DNA from: Mustelus asterias
Taxonomy: Eukaryota
NCBI RefSeq assembly: GCF_964213995.1
Contig: NC_135825.1
Coordinates: 52,266,001 to 52,330,000, forward strand
DNA: 64,000 nucleotides
Reading direction: 5' to 3'
Notes under the pieces: model-generated
Told to the model about the DNA's origin: nothing
Database searches by the model: none
What the model saw: only the letters and a program-made list of their open reading frames with translations
In this document: in pieces, positions 12,416 to 24,879 of the stretch
How positions within the stretch are numbered: the first letter of the stretch is position 1
Layout of the letters: the number at the start of each line of letters is the position of its first letter
Program-made: the position numbers and the translations under genes

Positions 12416-13459
12416 AATATGACCTCTCTTCGCAACACATTATAAACACTTTATCAAGCTTCCTAATCCATACTCTGCTGAATAATTCTTTTAGAAAATA
12501 CCATTGCCTCCTTTCTAACTGTTGCCTTTCTCTCTTTTGTTTCACTCATTCATTCATGGGATGTGGGTGTCACTGGCCGCGCCAGCATCTATTGCCCTTG
12601 AGAAGGTGGTGTTGAGCCATTCTTTCTGTTTAGTGATTCGAAGAGGGAGTGTGAAGCTCCCTCCATTCCACCGGGTGTGTGCTCGCTTTCTGGGGAGAGC
12701 AGAGACAAACTTCTTTGGGTATCTTGGAAGGTGCCATTTGATTCACGAGCTATACTTGTGCCTGTGTCACCAGGTGGCAATGTAAATAAGCAAACGGCAA
12801 TGGGAGGCTGACATCGTGTGCAGAAACAGTGACTGATATAGAACGCTGGGGTTCAACGGTCTGATTACAAGCAATCTATTTTCCTTCAGATTTGAGGGTT
12901 GGAATGATTCATGTACCAAGTCAATGCACAATTAAGCTTTCAAACTGCACATCTCCAGCAATGATTAACTGTGTATAAATCTACTGTATCGAAATTTGCT
13001 AATGCAAAAAGTCCACAATCAATTAATGAAAAAGACTTTAAGAGGACAAAAATGGAAAGGCAGTGGAGGTTAAATTGGATAACTGGAGAAGGGAAGGGGC
13101 AGGAGGTTTGGAGGGGATGTGAGGAAAACCTTTTTCACCCTCAGGGTGGTGGGAGTCTGGAACTCAGTGCCTGAAGGGATGGTGGAGGCAGAGACCCTCA
13201 TAACATTTAAGAAGTATTTAGATCTGCACTTGCGATGCCAAGGCATACAAGGCTAGGGGAGCACCCAGAGGAAACCCACGCAGACATGGGGAGAACGTGC
13301 AAACTCCACACACACACAGTGATCCAAGCCGGGAATCGAACCCAGGGTCCCTGTGCTGCCAAATCTCTCCTATCCTCTCTCCTCATCCATAGGGACAATT
13401 TTAAGTTGATGGCCCCAGTATCTCATTAGCCACTCAGGAGAGTTTGGTAATTAAATTGG

Positions 13460-14100
13460 GTTCTGTTACATTGCCACAGAATGTAAGAGTGGCGACTGCT
13501 CCGAGGATATCTGGCATTCACCTACATGACACATTGCCCTGTGGTTGCGCACCAACGGCACATTGAGGGAATGAAATTCCTTTTGGTCCATTGAAATGTT
13601 CGAGTTCATGACACAGGGCAATGCGTGTGAAGTCAATGGCAGCAGGCACCACGGCAAAGCCGACAAACCCTGTGCCAACTCTGCTTGCTTATCTTTGGTA
13701 AGACGAAATGAAACTAAATGATTGCTCTGTCTATAGAGAGCTTTGGTGGCTTCCATATCCAGCTGTGCACTACAAGTAGCACAATGTTGCTTCTATCTCC
13801 AGCAACAACCTGAAATAAACCAGACAGGTAAAAGGGCCACAGGCAATATTGTCCTTGCTCTGCTTTGACGTGGCTGCGACAGTTGGTGGATTTTGGTCAA
13901 AGCCCGTCCTCTGAAGTGTGGACATCTCATGCATTTGTCTCCGCTGAGGTTGAGGTGGGAGAATTCCTTCAGACTCTCAGCAGGTATGGCCTCCTGCAGT
14001 GTGCCCTTCTCCTCATCCTATCCCCCCTCTTCCAGCCGCTTGTCCTGCTCCACCTGATCTCTCATCATGTTCCTGGTCATGTTCAATTCCCAGAGGAAAC
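13460..14100 (-). pseudogene. Fossil PIF/Harbinger (DDE_Tnp_4/HARBI1-like) transposase
   Basis: AAIDFTRIAL (cf. GAIDCTH) and QKEFHSLNVPLVRNH (cf. RKGFHSLNVQLVCDH) across frameshifts. Confidence 0.7.
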
Positions 14101-14619
14101 CCTTCCAGGCCACTTGTGTCTGGGAGTAACTTAGATCATAGGTCATAGAATAGAATCATGCAGCGCAGAAGAGACCCTTCAGCCCATCGAGTCTGCACTG
14201 ACACATTAGAAACACCTGAACTCCCACCTAATCCCATCGACCAGCACTTGGCCCATAGCCCTGAATTTATGGCATGTCAAGTGCTCATCCAGGTATTTTT
14301 TAAAGGATGTGAGGGAACCCGCCTCCACCACCCTCCCAGGCAGCGCATTCCAGACCATAACCACCCCCTGGGTAAAGAAAAACCACCTGTTTCAGCAGAA
14401 GCTTTCAAATAAAAAGCAAAACAAACCTCAGCACCTACCAGATCACTCCCTGTAGATTTTTCAGACTTTATTGCTCCAGCAACCTAAAGATAAAATGCAG
14501 CAAGTAACCGCCTAATAGTCAAAGCCTGGTTACTGGGTGATGAGGGTTATCTGCTCATGATGTAAGTTTACGACTATTCAGGAACCTCTGCACAACAGAC
14601 AGAAATGAGAGCCAAGATT

Positions 14620-14950
14620 AGGGTGCACGGTGGCACAGTGGTTAGCACTGCTGCCTCACAGCGCCAGGTATCTGGGGTTCAATTCTGGCCTCAGGTGACT
14701 GTCTGTGCGGAGTCTGCCTGTACTCCCCGTGTCTGCGTGGGTTTCCTCCGGGTGCTCCGGTTTCTTCCCACAGTCCAAATATGTGCGGGTTGGGTTAATT
14801 GACCATACGAAATTGCCCCTTAATGTCAGGGGGGTTAGGAGGGTAAATATGTGGGGTTACGGGGATAGGGCAGGACCCGGATGGGATTGTGGTCGGTAGA
14901 GGCTCGATGGGCCAAATGGCCTCCTTCTGCCCTGTAGGGATTCTATGAGA
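14620..14950 (+). mobile_element. HE1-like SINE (CR1-type tail)
   Basis: Complete head, core and tail. Confidence 0.9.
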
Positions 14951-15472
14951 TTTCTGTACACTGAGGATTATTGGAGTGAGAAGCGCTTTCTCAGATTCTT
15001 TTACAATAAGGGAAAGTCGAATAAAACTTGAAGCAGAGGAAGGTATAGGCTGTGGGGAGGGAGCGTGGCAATGGGAGCAGTATTTAATTACTCTGTGAAA
15101 GAAGCAGCGCACTAATGAATGGCCTCCGACTGTGCTAAAGGTTGCTATGGTTTTGCAGGAGAAATGTGATCTTATGTTGCCAAGGACTCCAGAGAGAGCC
15201 TGGTGCCAAGACCGTGGTAGATCATACTTAGTGACACCTTGCGCCACCTTTTGGATCAAATTATTAACTGACATTAAAAAAAGATTAAATCCACTTCAGG
15301 TGTGCCAACAGTGGAGCTCCAGATGGCAGAGCTCTGCACTGGCACAATTCCTCCCCAATCTGTTTAATTCCTCCCTCGAGGAAGATAGACACAGCAAGTA
15401 AATGATCCAAACCGAAAGTACAGGGAAATTCCTTTTTGATTTGAGAGGGGAAAGTCAGTTCCTCCAAGTTCA

Positions 15473-16901
15473 ACAGACTGATGTTGAAAGCTAAAAGCCT
15501 GTTGGGCCACATTCCCCACAGAAAAGAACTGGCGCTGGATTTCTCCATGAGGCAGTAACTAAGCTGCTAACACCAACAAAGCCAAGATTCTGACTGGTGT
15601 AAAATAAATGCGCTAACCCGGGGTCCAGAATGCCACTTGGCACAGTGGGTAGCACTGCTGCCTCACAGCGCCAGGGACCCGGGTTCAATTCCCGGCTTGG
15701 GTCACTGTCTGTGTGGAGTCTGCATGTTCTCCCCGTGTCTGCGTGGGTTTCCTCCGGGTGCTCCGGTTTCCTCCCACACTCCAGAGATGTGCAGGTTGGG
15801 TCAATTGGCCATGCTAAATTGCTCCTTCATGTCCCAGGATGTGTAAATTGGGTGGATTGGCTATGGGGAATGTGTGGGGTTGTGGGAGATAGGGCAAAGG
15901 GAAGGACCTGGGTGGGTTGCTCTTTTGAAGAGTCGGTGCAGTCTCGATGGGCTGAAGAGCCTCCTTCTGCACAGTAGGGAGTTCTGTGGACCATAGAATC
16001 CAGGCTACGTTAGCTGTACCATTCGGCCTAGGCCAGATTTAAATAGTGGAGATTGAGTATCGAAGACATTTCTTGGGGATCCCATTGCAGGAACCTCCAC
16101 AGTGACGTTGGGTTTCTGTCCTACACAAGGGGTACAATGCAGCTACTGATTACCTGAGCCAGGGAGTCCTGCTCCTGAAGCTCAGTTGGAAGTCACGGGA
16201 GCAGTTGTTACCAGTGTATCCAGTGAGGTGACGCAGTGTAGGGTTGCTAACTATGATTAAATGTATTCCTGAAGGTTTCACCACATGCTTTACACCCGTG
16301 CTGCAGTCATTCATTGACCAACACGGCCATCTTTGTGATGCACAGCCTTCCGACGCCAATTGGAAAGCAAATTACCCAATTGGATGATGCTTGATGGTCA
16401 GCCAATCGGCCTCCACACCCCCCCTTTATACCTGGTAAAGAGAAATGTTCGAAGCCACATGTAGGTTAGGTGGATAGATGCTAAACTGTCTCTTAGTGCC
16501 CCAAGATGTGTGGGTTAGTGTGATTAGCGGGATAAATACCTGGGGTTACGGCAATAGAATGCTCTTTCAGAGGGTCGGTGCAGACTCGATGGGTTGAATG
16601 GCCTCCTGCACTGTAAGGATTCTATGACAGTGAATAAAGAAAAACAGCTATATTTTTTAATAACCCAATGATTTTTCTTTAAGATTGCATCTGGCAGATC
16701 GATCTTCAATCCCTGGAGAGTCCAGGCCAATCCTGGAGGGTTGGTAATCCTGGACAGCAGACGGACAGAAAATCTGAGGGAAGTCACAATGTTATCAGTG
16801 AATAACACTGGGTTTTTAAAAAAACTTGTTTTGGTTTCTACTTATATGCCTTGGAGGTGCATCCCTGAATTTAATTAACCCTGTTGATAACAGCTTCAGA
16901 T
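15473..16901 (+). repeat. Source copy of a ~1.43 kb long-range inverted duplication (partner 61230-62998)
   Basis: Reverse complement aligns end to end with 61230-62998. Near-identical ORFs 16150-16359/61775-61984 and 16524-16808/61323-61607. Confidence 0.95.
15637..15985 (+). mobile_element. HE1-like SINE within the duplicated segment
   Basis: Head, core and CR1-type tail; uninterrupted here, interrupted in the partner copy. Confidence 0.9.
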
Positions 16902-17749
16902 AGACTGTATGGCTGGTTGAGATTAACGTGATATCAGAGCTCCCAAATTTAATGAATTCTGTGATAGATATCTGTCTCAGTGTTTGGGTAGGAATGGAGG
17001 GCCGTTAACCTGTGCGTGGGACATACTTGGATTTATTGAAGGCATTCAGTGTCGGACCACATCTGAGGCTTTTATGGGAGATTAAACCTCGTGAAATTAA
17101 TTGTCAATTAGATTTAAGATTGGCCTGGCAATGGAATTGGTGGGGGGTAGCAGTGGGGGATGGGGTCCAGGATAAATGGACTATGTCCTGCAGGAGGTGC
17201 GGACACTGACCAGTGGGGACGTCATGGCTCTGTTCACATTCCGTCAGTGAGTTTGTCTGGGTAATAAATCTGACATCAGCTTTGGGAGCAGATAGTAAAG
17301 TGTAGACATCCCAAGTGGTTTCCTCCAGTGGAGCACTACAGAACTAAAATCTTATTTGCAGCACAGCAAGGGTACAGGCCCTGTGCCCTGGGAGGCTGCA
17401 TATGGAAACCTAATGTTTTACACATGGGAAGACATGTAACTGGAACAGGATCATGAACTATGAGCTGAATTGAGACTGTCTAAACTCATAGACAGAGCAA
17501 TCACCCAAGACACACAATGGGGATCTTCATATCCTTACTCTGCCAGTTCTGTTCTCCCTCTTCTTTCCCAATGGATTGTAAACGTTGTTTCACTGCCCAA
17601 TGGTGCACAGTGTGTACCATCGACAAAATACACTCCACCAATTCACCAATGTTCCTTTGACCAAACCCATGACCTTTACCACCTAAAAGGACAAGGGCAG
17701 CAGACACATGGAAACACCAATTCCCCTCCAAGTGACTCACTTGTTTATT

Positions 17750-18030
17750 ATTTATTTATTAGTGTCACAAGTAGGTTCACCTTAACACTGCAATGAAGTT
17801 ACTGTGACTATCCCCTAGTCGCCACACTCTGGCTCGTGTTCGGGTACACTGAGGGAGACTTTAGCACGGCCAATGCACCTAACCAGCACGTCTTTCGGAC
17901 TGGGGGAGGAAACGGAGTATCCGGAGGAAACCCACGTGGAAATGGGGAGAACGTGCAGACTCTGCACAGACAGTGCCTCAAGCTGGGAATTGCCGTTGTG
18001 AGGCAACAGTGTTAACCACCGTGCCGTCCG
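17750..18030 (-). mobile_element. HE1-like SINE with alternative (Rex1/Babar-like) tail, nested in an old LINE 3' end (~17610-18230)
   Basis: Same SINE core, but the tail ends CAGTAACTTCATTGCAGTG...CTACTTGTGACACTAATAAA. Confidence 0.8.
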
Positions 18031-18668
18031 TCACCATCCTGACTTGGAAATATATCACTATTCCTTCACTGTCGCTGAGTCAAAATCCTGGAACACCCTT
18101 CCCTATCAGCACTGTGGGTGTACCTACACCACATGGACTGCAATGATTCAAGAAGGCAGCTCAACACCACCCTAGCAAGGGCAATTAGGAATAACCATGA
18201 CGCCCACATCGTGTGAATGAGTAATTAATAAATCCTACTATGATAAGAACGATTAATATCACTAATGTTCTCAATCTGATGCTACATTTAATTTTAAACA
18301 TTTGAATCCTGCTGCTGGCATTTGATCCATCGCAGTTGTACACCTTGCTCACCTGGGGACACGCACTGGCAACTCTGCTTTGCTTCTGAGGATGATGAAT
18401 AATAAGCAGGAAAAAAGCAAATTCAGATTATGCACCAGTGAAAGATTTCACCCTCTCGCCGGGGGAACAGATGTGAGTTGTGACCGCAAAGACTGTCCCC
18501 TCAGGGCAATTTTCAATAAACATGTTGAACTGAGCACTGGGTTATACACTGGGGATGTTTTATTTTTTGCTGCGATTACAAAAGGGTACACCGCTATCAC
18601 CAGTCCCTTGGCAGACTCATCTTCGCTGGTGGAGTAGTGCTACACTCTCCAGGTCAAATCTAACACCA

Positions 18669-18837
18669 TGGTGGGAATTCTCCGATGTTGTTCGTCCCGC
18701 CACAGCTGCGGCGGCACCGGAGAATCCCAGCCGCGGATGAGGCCGGAGAATCCCAGCCTCGGACCAGGTCGGAGAATCCCAGCCTCGGACCAGGTCGGAG
18801 AATCCCAGCCTCGGACCAGGTCGGAGAATCCCAGCCC
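18669..18837. repeat. MITE-like element with five copies of its terminal motif at a 26-bp period
   Basis: GGAGAATCCCAGCC at 18719, 18745, 18771, 18797 and 18823; left end GGTGGGAATTCTCC is its approximate inverse. Confidence 0.8.
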
Positions 18838-19560
18838 ATATCTCGGGGTTAGACTGGCATCACCCTCCTGGTGTTGACTGCTGGCACCTCCCATCCTCTG
18901 CCCTTTAATGGGTATTCTTGTGTGTTGCGGAGAAGGGGGTGGGTAAGGGGAGGGTGAAGTTGTACAGATTTCTTTGAAGGGATCCTGACTACTTGCTTAC
19001 CTTTCCATCTAAGATGGGGGCTGAATTGACTCGCTAATCATGTCAGTCCCATAGATCTGTAAGCCCCCTGGCCTTCCTGGCTGACCTCCCACATTCTACC
19101 CTCTGTAAATTTGAGGTCACCCAAAACTCTGCCGCCTCTGCCTTATCTCACAGCCAATCATCACCCCTTTGCTGACTGACCTCCAATGTCTCCCAGTCAA
19201 GTAATGCCTTGATTTTGAAATCTCTTTGTTTTGAAATTCGTCCAAAGTGCCACCCCTCCCTACCGCTGTAATCCCTCCCTGCCCCACAAACCAAGGAGAT
19301 AGCTCCTCTAATTGTGGCCTCTGTGGTGTGTGCATTCCCAAGGGTGGCACCTTTAGGCGCCTGTAGGCCTCAAAACCTGGAATTCCTCTCTCGCACTCTC
19401 CAACTCTCGATTCGCTTTTCTCCATTAGGCACTCTTTAAAAACCTACCTCTGTCACCAAGTGTTTGTGATGTGGAGATGCCGGCGTTGGACTGGGGTAAA
19501 CACAGTAAGAAGTTTAACAACACCAGGTTAAAGTCCAACAGGTTTATTTGGTAGCAAATA

Positions 19561-19597
19561 CCATAAGCTTTCGGAACGATGCCCCTTCGTCAGATGG
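19561..19597 (-). ncRNA. Minimal type I hammerhead ribozyme motif
   Basis: Minus strand: CCAT-CTGACGA-A-GGGGC-ATC-GTTCC-GAAA-GCT-T-ATGG, giving stem I CCAU/AUGG, stem II, and palindromic AAGCUU in place of helix III. Confidence 0.75.
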
Positions 19598-19812
19598 AGT
19601 GGTCTCTGTTCTCCAACAGTACACAGACACAGAAATCAAGTTACAGAATACTAATTAGAATGCAAATCTCTACAGCCAGCCAGGTCTTAAAAGGTACAGA
19701 TAATATGGGTGGAGGGAACATTAAACACAGGTTAAAGAGATGTGTATTGCACAGTAAGAAGTTTAACAACACCAGGTTAAAGTCCAACAGGTTTATTTGG
19801 TAGCAAAAGCCA

Positions 19813-19849
19813 CACAAGCTTTCGGAGCCTTAAGCCCCTTCTTCAAGTG
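19813..19849 (-). ncRNA. Minimal hammerhead motif with a C3U core change
   Basis: Minus strand: CAC-TTGAAGA-A-GGGGC-TTAAG-GCTCC-GAAA-GCT-T-GTG. Confidence 0.6.
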
Positions 19850-20425
19850 AGTGGGAATTCTGTTCACCAAGTGTTTGGCCATTAGATGTAAGATTCTGTA
19901 TCTGCTTGGTGTCATTCTCTAGTTTATAAGGCTCCTGCGAAGCACCTTCGGACGTTTCATTATGTTCAAGGCGCCACAGAAATATAAGTTGTTGTCTACA
20001 TGTTGTTCGTGTGCTCTGCTGTCGAGTTCACTCCTCCCCCTTAATCTCAAAACAAACACCACTCCAGGTGTTGACACAGCTGACTCCTGGCAACAGAATT
20101 CTGAATATGAAAATAATAAGCTTACTGTCTGTTAAGCAAAACCTTAGCGCAACCCGGGGCGGTAATTATTTTTCGGGATTTTTTCCATACTACCCACACA
20201 GAACTCGTCCCTGTCATACAGGATGTTACACAAAAGTGACCTTTAATTTTTTTTGCACGATCGCTTCGACAGTCTGTGCTTCGGAATGGTGTTGTTTGAA
20301 AGTGCTGGCTGGAGACCAGTATTGGGCCCACGTTAGAGACGCCATCACACAATATGAGATTACGCTCCTGGTGCAGACCTATGTCCTCCTCGGGGGATTA
20401 GCTTATCCTTATGACCTTATGACCT

Positions 20426-21220
20426 GTGACCCTGTGGGTCACAGTTAGGAGGAGTAAAGGTCATAAGGGTAACGTACCAGAGAGCATTCCAGTGGCTGTC
20501 TCTCATAATAGGAAGGGCTCGGCAACAGGTGTGAGAGGGGAGGGGAGTGAGCAATTAGTGGTGGGGTCACCTGTGGTTGTCCCCCTCCAAAACAGGTATA
20601 TTGTTTTGGATAGTGTGGAGGAGGATGACTCTCCAGGGGCAAGCCACAGTGACCAGGTCACTGGCACAGAGTCAGGCTCTGTGGCCCGGAAAGGAAAGAG
20701 AGGAATTAGGAGAGCGATAGTGGTGGGGGACGCGTCAGTTAGAGGCATGGACAGGCGATTCTGTGGGTGCGAACAGGACTCCAGGATGGTAGTCTGCCTA
20801 CCTGGTGCTGGGGTACTGGATGTCTCCCAGTGGATAGGAGGCATATTAAAAGGGGAGGATAAAGAAACAGATGTCATTGTACACATTGGTGCAAATGACG
20901 TAGATAGGAAGAGCAGGGGGATCCTACGAGAGCAATTCAGGGAGTTGGGAAATAGGCTAAAAAGTAGGGCCTCCAGAGTGGCAATCTCTGGGTTGCTCCC
21001 AATGCCTAGGGCCAGTGAGGCTAGGAATAGGGAGATAATACAACTGAACGCTTGGCTAAAGGACTGGTCCAGGAGGGAGGGCTTCATATTCCTGGATCAC
21101 TGGGAAGTTTTCAAGAGAGGAGGGCACCTGTACAAGAAGGACGGGTCACAACTAAATTGGAAGGGCACGAATATCCTGGCTGGGAGTTTTGCCAGTGCAG
21201 TTCGGGTGCGTTTAAACTAA
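20426..21220 (+). CDS. CR1 ORF1 C-terminal SGNH/GDSL esterase-like domain (partial)
   Basis: IVVGDAS, CLPGA, VHIGAND and DGSQLN blocks; catalytic residues partly degenerate. Confidence 0.8.
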   Translation: MTLWVTVRRSKGHKGNVPESIPVAVSHNRKGSATGVRGEGSEQLVVGSPVVVPLQNRYIVLDSVEEDDSPGASHSDQVTGTESGSVARKGKRGIRRAIVVGDASVRGMDRRFCGCEQDSRMVVCLPGAGVLDVSQWIGGILKGEDKETDVIVHIGANDVDRKSRGILREQFRELGNRLKSRASRVAISGLLPMPRASEARNREIIQLNAWLKDWSRREGFIFLDHWEVFKRGGHLYKKDGSQLNWKGTNILAGSFASAVRVRLN

Positions 21221-24220
21221 TATGGCAGGGGGGGTGGGAATCAAAAAATTAGGTCTACAAGTGTAGAGGCTGGGGACGAGCTTCGGGCCAGGACAAGTCT
21301 GGCAAAGAAGAAGAGCACTCTGGGGAGGATGACCTCACTGGGCCTGGAGGTCTGGAGTACATCTACTTCAATGCAAGGAGCGTAGCAGGTAAGACAGACA
21401 AACTTAGGGCCTTAATGCTTACGAGGAATTTGGATGTGGTTGTGGTGACAGAGACTTGGTTGAAAGAGGGACAGGACTGGCAGCTGAATATTCCAGGGTA
21501 CAAGTGTTTTAGGCGAGACAGAGGAGGGGCCAAAAGAGGTGGGGGAGTAGCAGTATTAGAGAGCATATTGCAGCGGTGCAGAGGGAGGATAATTCAGAGG
21601 GATCGGGTAATGAGTCACTGTGGGTGGAGCTCAGAAACAGGAAGGGCGCAGTCACTATGTTGGGGGTATACTACAGGCCCCCCCAACAGCCCAAGGGAAG
21701 TGGAAGAACGGATATGTCAGGAGATAATGGATAGGTGCAGGAAAAATAGAGTTGTTGTAGTGGGAGACTTCAATTTCCCTGGTATAGACTGGAAATCGCG
21801 TAGGGCTGGGAGTCTGAATGGGGAGGCATTTGTAAAATGCGTACAGGAAGGTTCTTTGGAACAATATGTAGATAGCCCGACTAGAGAGGGGGCTATACTG
21901 GACCTAGTACTGGGGAATGAGCCCGGTCAGGTCTTCAAAGTTTCGGTAGGGGAACATGTGGCAAATAGTGACCACAATTCTGTTAGCTTTAGGATAGTGA
22001 TGGAAAAGGATGAGTGGTGTCCCAAGGGTAAGGTGTTGGATTGGGGGAAGGCTAACTTTATTGGGATCAGGCAGAAATTGGCAGCTCTTGATTGGGAGAG
22101 GCTGTTTGAGGGTAAATCCACATCTGGCATGTGGGAGTCTTTTAAGGAACAGTTGTTAGGGCTGCAGGATAGGTATGTGCCTGTAAAAAAGAAGGATAGG
22201 AAGGGTAGGATTCGAGAACCGTGGATAACCAGGGAAATTGAGGGATTGGTCAAAAAGAAAAGAGAGGCGTACGTTAGGTCCAGGCAGCTAAAAACGGAGG
22301 GAGCTCTGGAGGAATACAAAGAAAGTAGGAAAGAACTCAAATGAGGAATTAGAAGGGCAAAAAGGGGTCACGAAATGTCCTTGGCAGACAGGATTAAGGA
22401 GAATCCCAAGGCATTTTATTCATACGTTAGGGACAAAAGGGTTGTCAGGGAAAAAATCGGACCTCTCAGGGACAAAAGTGGGGAATTATGCTTAGAGCCC
22501 AAAGAAGTAGGGGAGATCCTAAATGAATACTTTGCGTTGGTATTCACAAAGGAGAGGAGTGTGTTGACTGGGAGTGTCTCGGAGGGGAGTGTTGACCCGT
22601 TGGAGAAAATCTCCATTACAAGGGAGGAAGTGTTAGGTTTTTTAGGGAATATAAAGACTGACAAATCCCCAGGGCCTGATGGAATCTATCCAAGGCTGCT
22701 CAGGGAGACGAGAGATGAAATCGCTGGGCCTCTGACGCAAATCTTTGTCTCGTCACTGGACACAGGTGAGGTCCCAGAGGACTGGAGGCTAGCTAATGTG
22801 GTCCTGTTATTTAAGAAGGGTAGGAAGGATAACCCGGGAATTTATAGGCCGGTGAGCTTGACGCCCGTGGTCGGGAAGTTGTTGGAGAGGATTCTTAGAG
22901 ATAGGATGTATGCGCATTTAGAAAGAAATAAACTCATTAACGATAGTCAGCATGGTTTTGTGAGAGGGAGGTCATGCCTCACTAACCTGGTGGAGTTTTT
23001 GAAGAAGTGACTAGAATGGTTGATGAGGGAAGGGCCGTGGATGTCGTCTATATGGACTTTAGTAAAGCGTTTGACAAAGTCCCTCATGGTAGGTTGGTGC
23101 AAAAGGTTGGATCTCATGGGATAAAGGGGGAGGTGGCTAGATGGGTAGAGAACTTGCTTGGTCACAGAAGACAGAGGGTGGTAGTGGAAGGGTCTTTGTC
23201 CGGCTGGATGCCTGTGACTAGTGGTGTTCCGCAGGGCTCTGTATTGGGACCTTTGCTGTTCATGATTTATATAAACGATCTGGAAGAAGGTGTAACTGGG
23301 GTGATCAGTAAGTTTGCGGACGACACGAAAATGGCTGGACTTGCAGATAGTGAGGAACATTGTCAGAGGCTACAGAAGGATATAGATAGGCTGGAAATTT
23401 GGGCAAAGAAATGGCAGATGGAGTTCAATCCAGACAAATGCGAAGTGATGCATTTTGGTAGAACTAACGTAGAGGGGAACTGTACGATAAATGGCAGAAC
23501 CATAAAGGGTGTAGATACGCAGAGGGACCTGGGTGTGCAAGTCCACAGATCCTTGAAGGTGACGTCACAGGTGGAGAAGGTAGTGAATAAGGCATATGGC
23601 ATGCTTGCCTTTATAGGACGGGGCATAGAGTATAAAAGTTAGGGTCTGATGTTGCAGTTGTATAGAACGTTGGTTCGGCCGCATTTGGAATACTGCACCC
23701 AGTTCTGGTCGCCACACTACCGGAAGGACGTGGAGGCTTTAGAGAGAGTACAGAGGAGGTTTACCAGGATGTTGCCTGGTATGGAAGGGCTTAGTTATGA
23801 GGAGAGATTGGGGAAATGGGGTTGTTCTCACTGGAAAGATGGAGGATGAGGGGTGACCTAATAGAGGTGTATAAAATTATGAAAGGCATAGATAGGGTGA
23901 ACGGTGGGAAGCTTTTTCCCAGATCGGTGGTGACGTTCACGAGGCGTCATAGATTCAAGATGAAGGGGGGGGGGAGGTTTAACACGGATATCAGAAGGAC
24001 GTATTTTACACAGAGGGTGGTGGGGGCCTGGAATGCGCTGCCGGGCAAGGTGGTGGAGGCGGACACACTGGGAACGTTTAAGACTTATCTAGATAGCCAC
24101 ATGAATGGAGTGGGAATGGAAGGATACAAAAGAATGGTCTAGTTTGGACCAGGGAGCGGCGCGGGCTTGGAGGGCCGAAGAGCCTGTTCCTGTGCTGTAA
24201 TGTTCTTTGTTCTTTGTTCT
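20430..24220 (+). mobile_element. Young near-full-length CR1 (HER1-type) LINE, 5'-truncated in ORF1
   Basis: ORF1 esterase; ORF2 endonuclease (TETWL, GDFN, SDH) and RT (GVPQGSVLGP, FADD) split by a few frameshifts and stops; (TGTTCTT)n tail. Confidence 0.95.
21350..24142 (+). pseudogene. CR1 ORF2 (APE endonuclease + reverse transcriptase), disrupted
   Basis: Consecutive ORFs 21415-22344, 22375-23010, 23007-23642, 23649-23849 and 23816-24142 tile one ORF2. Confidence 0.92.
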
Positions 24221-24879
24221 TAGCTAGCCTTCTGCACAATCCCAATCATCTTCTGTCCATGAATCTCACCCTGGTAAATGTTGCCACTTTAATGAAGCTG
24301 AGGTATCTATTTCCGTAGGCGGCAGGATAGCCTCGGGCCTTCCATTAACTGTGCCACGCAACTCCGCATTGAACCAACCCTCGCCACAACTCTTCACTAG
24401 ACTATTGAGAGGATATGAAGGGAAGGGTCTTTGGAAGAAGTCTCCTGAATTAAAGCATAGCTCCAACACTCAGCAAATGATTAAGTGGTATCAGATGAAT
24501 GCTGGCCTAGCTAACGAAGCCCAAATCCCTTGAATGAACAAATAAAAATAATGAATAATTTTTTTAAAAGGGTATATATAGTAACCGGCCATAAACTGTC
24601 CTTCTGAAAGACTAAAGTTGCGATATTTACACTGAGACTGGAAAGGTTAGGGGAGGCTGAAAATCAAGTAAGTATCCAGCAAGACCAGGGACATGATAGC
24701 CCTCCTGAACATAATGGTGGGACCACATTGCCGTTTGGTGGGTCTGATTCTCATCCAGCAACTAGACAAGTGACGAATTGGCCAGAAACCTAGAGGGAAA
24801 ACCCAGAGGAGGGAAAGCACAGCTATGGACCATATGGTCCATGGTGATTAGAAATGAGGAAGGTCAGATATTGTGGCAG

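Larger units (their letters stand above)
19467..19863 (-). mobile_element. Non-autonomous Penelope-like/retrozyme-like element with tandem pLTRs
   Basis: 14-bp TSD TCACCAAGTGTTTG (19453-19466, 19864-19877); internal ~58-bp direct repeat (19501-19558, 19750-19807); two hammerhead motifs. Confidence 0.85.

Noticed and set aside
18719-18837. CRISPR-like repeat-spacer appearance
   Set aside because: Spacers are 12 bp and mostly identical, the context is vertebrate and there are no cas genes; it is a tandem repeat.
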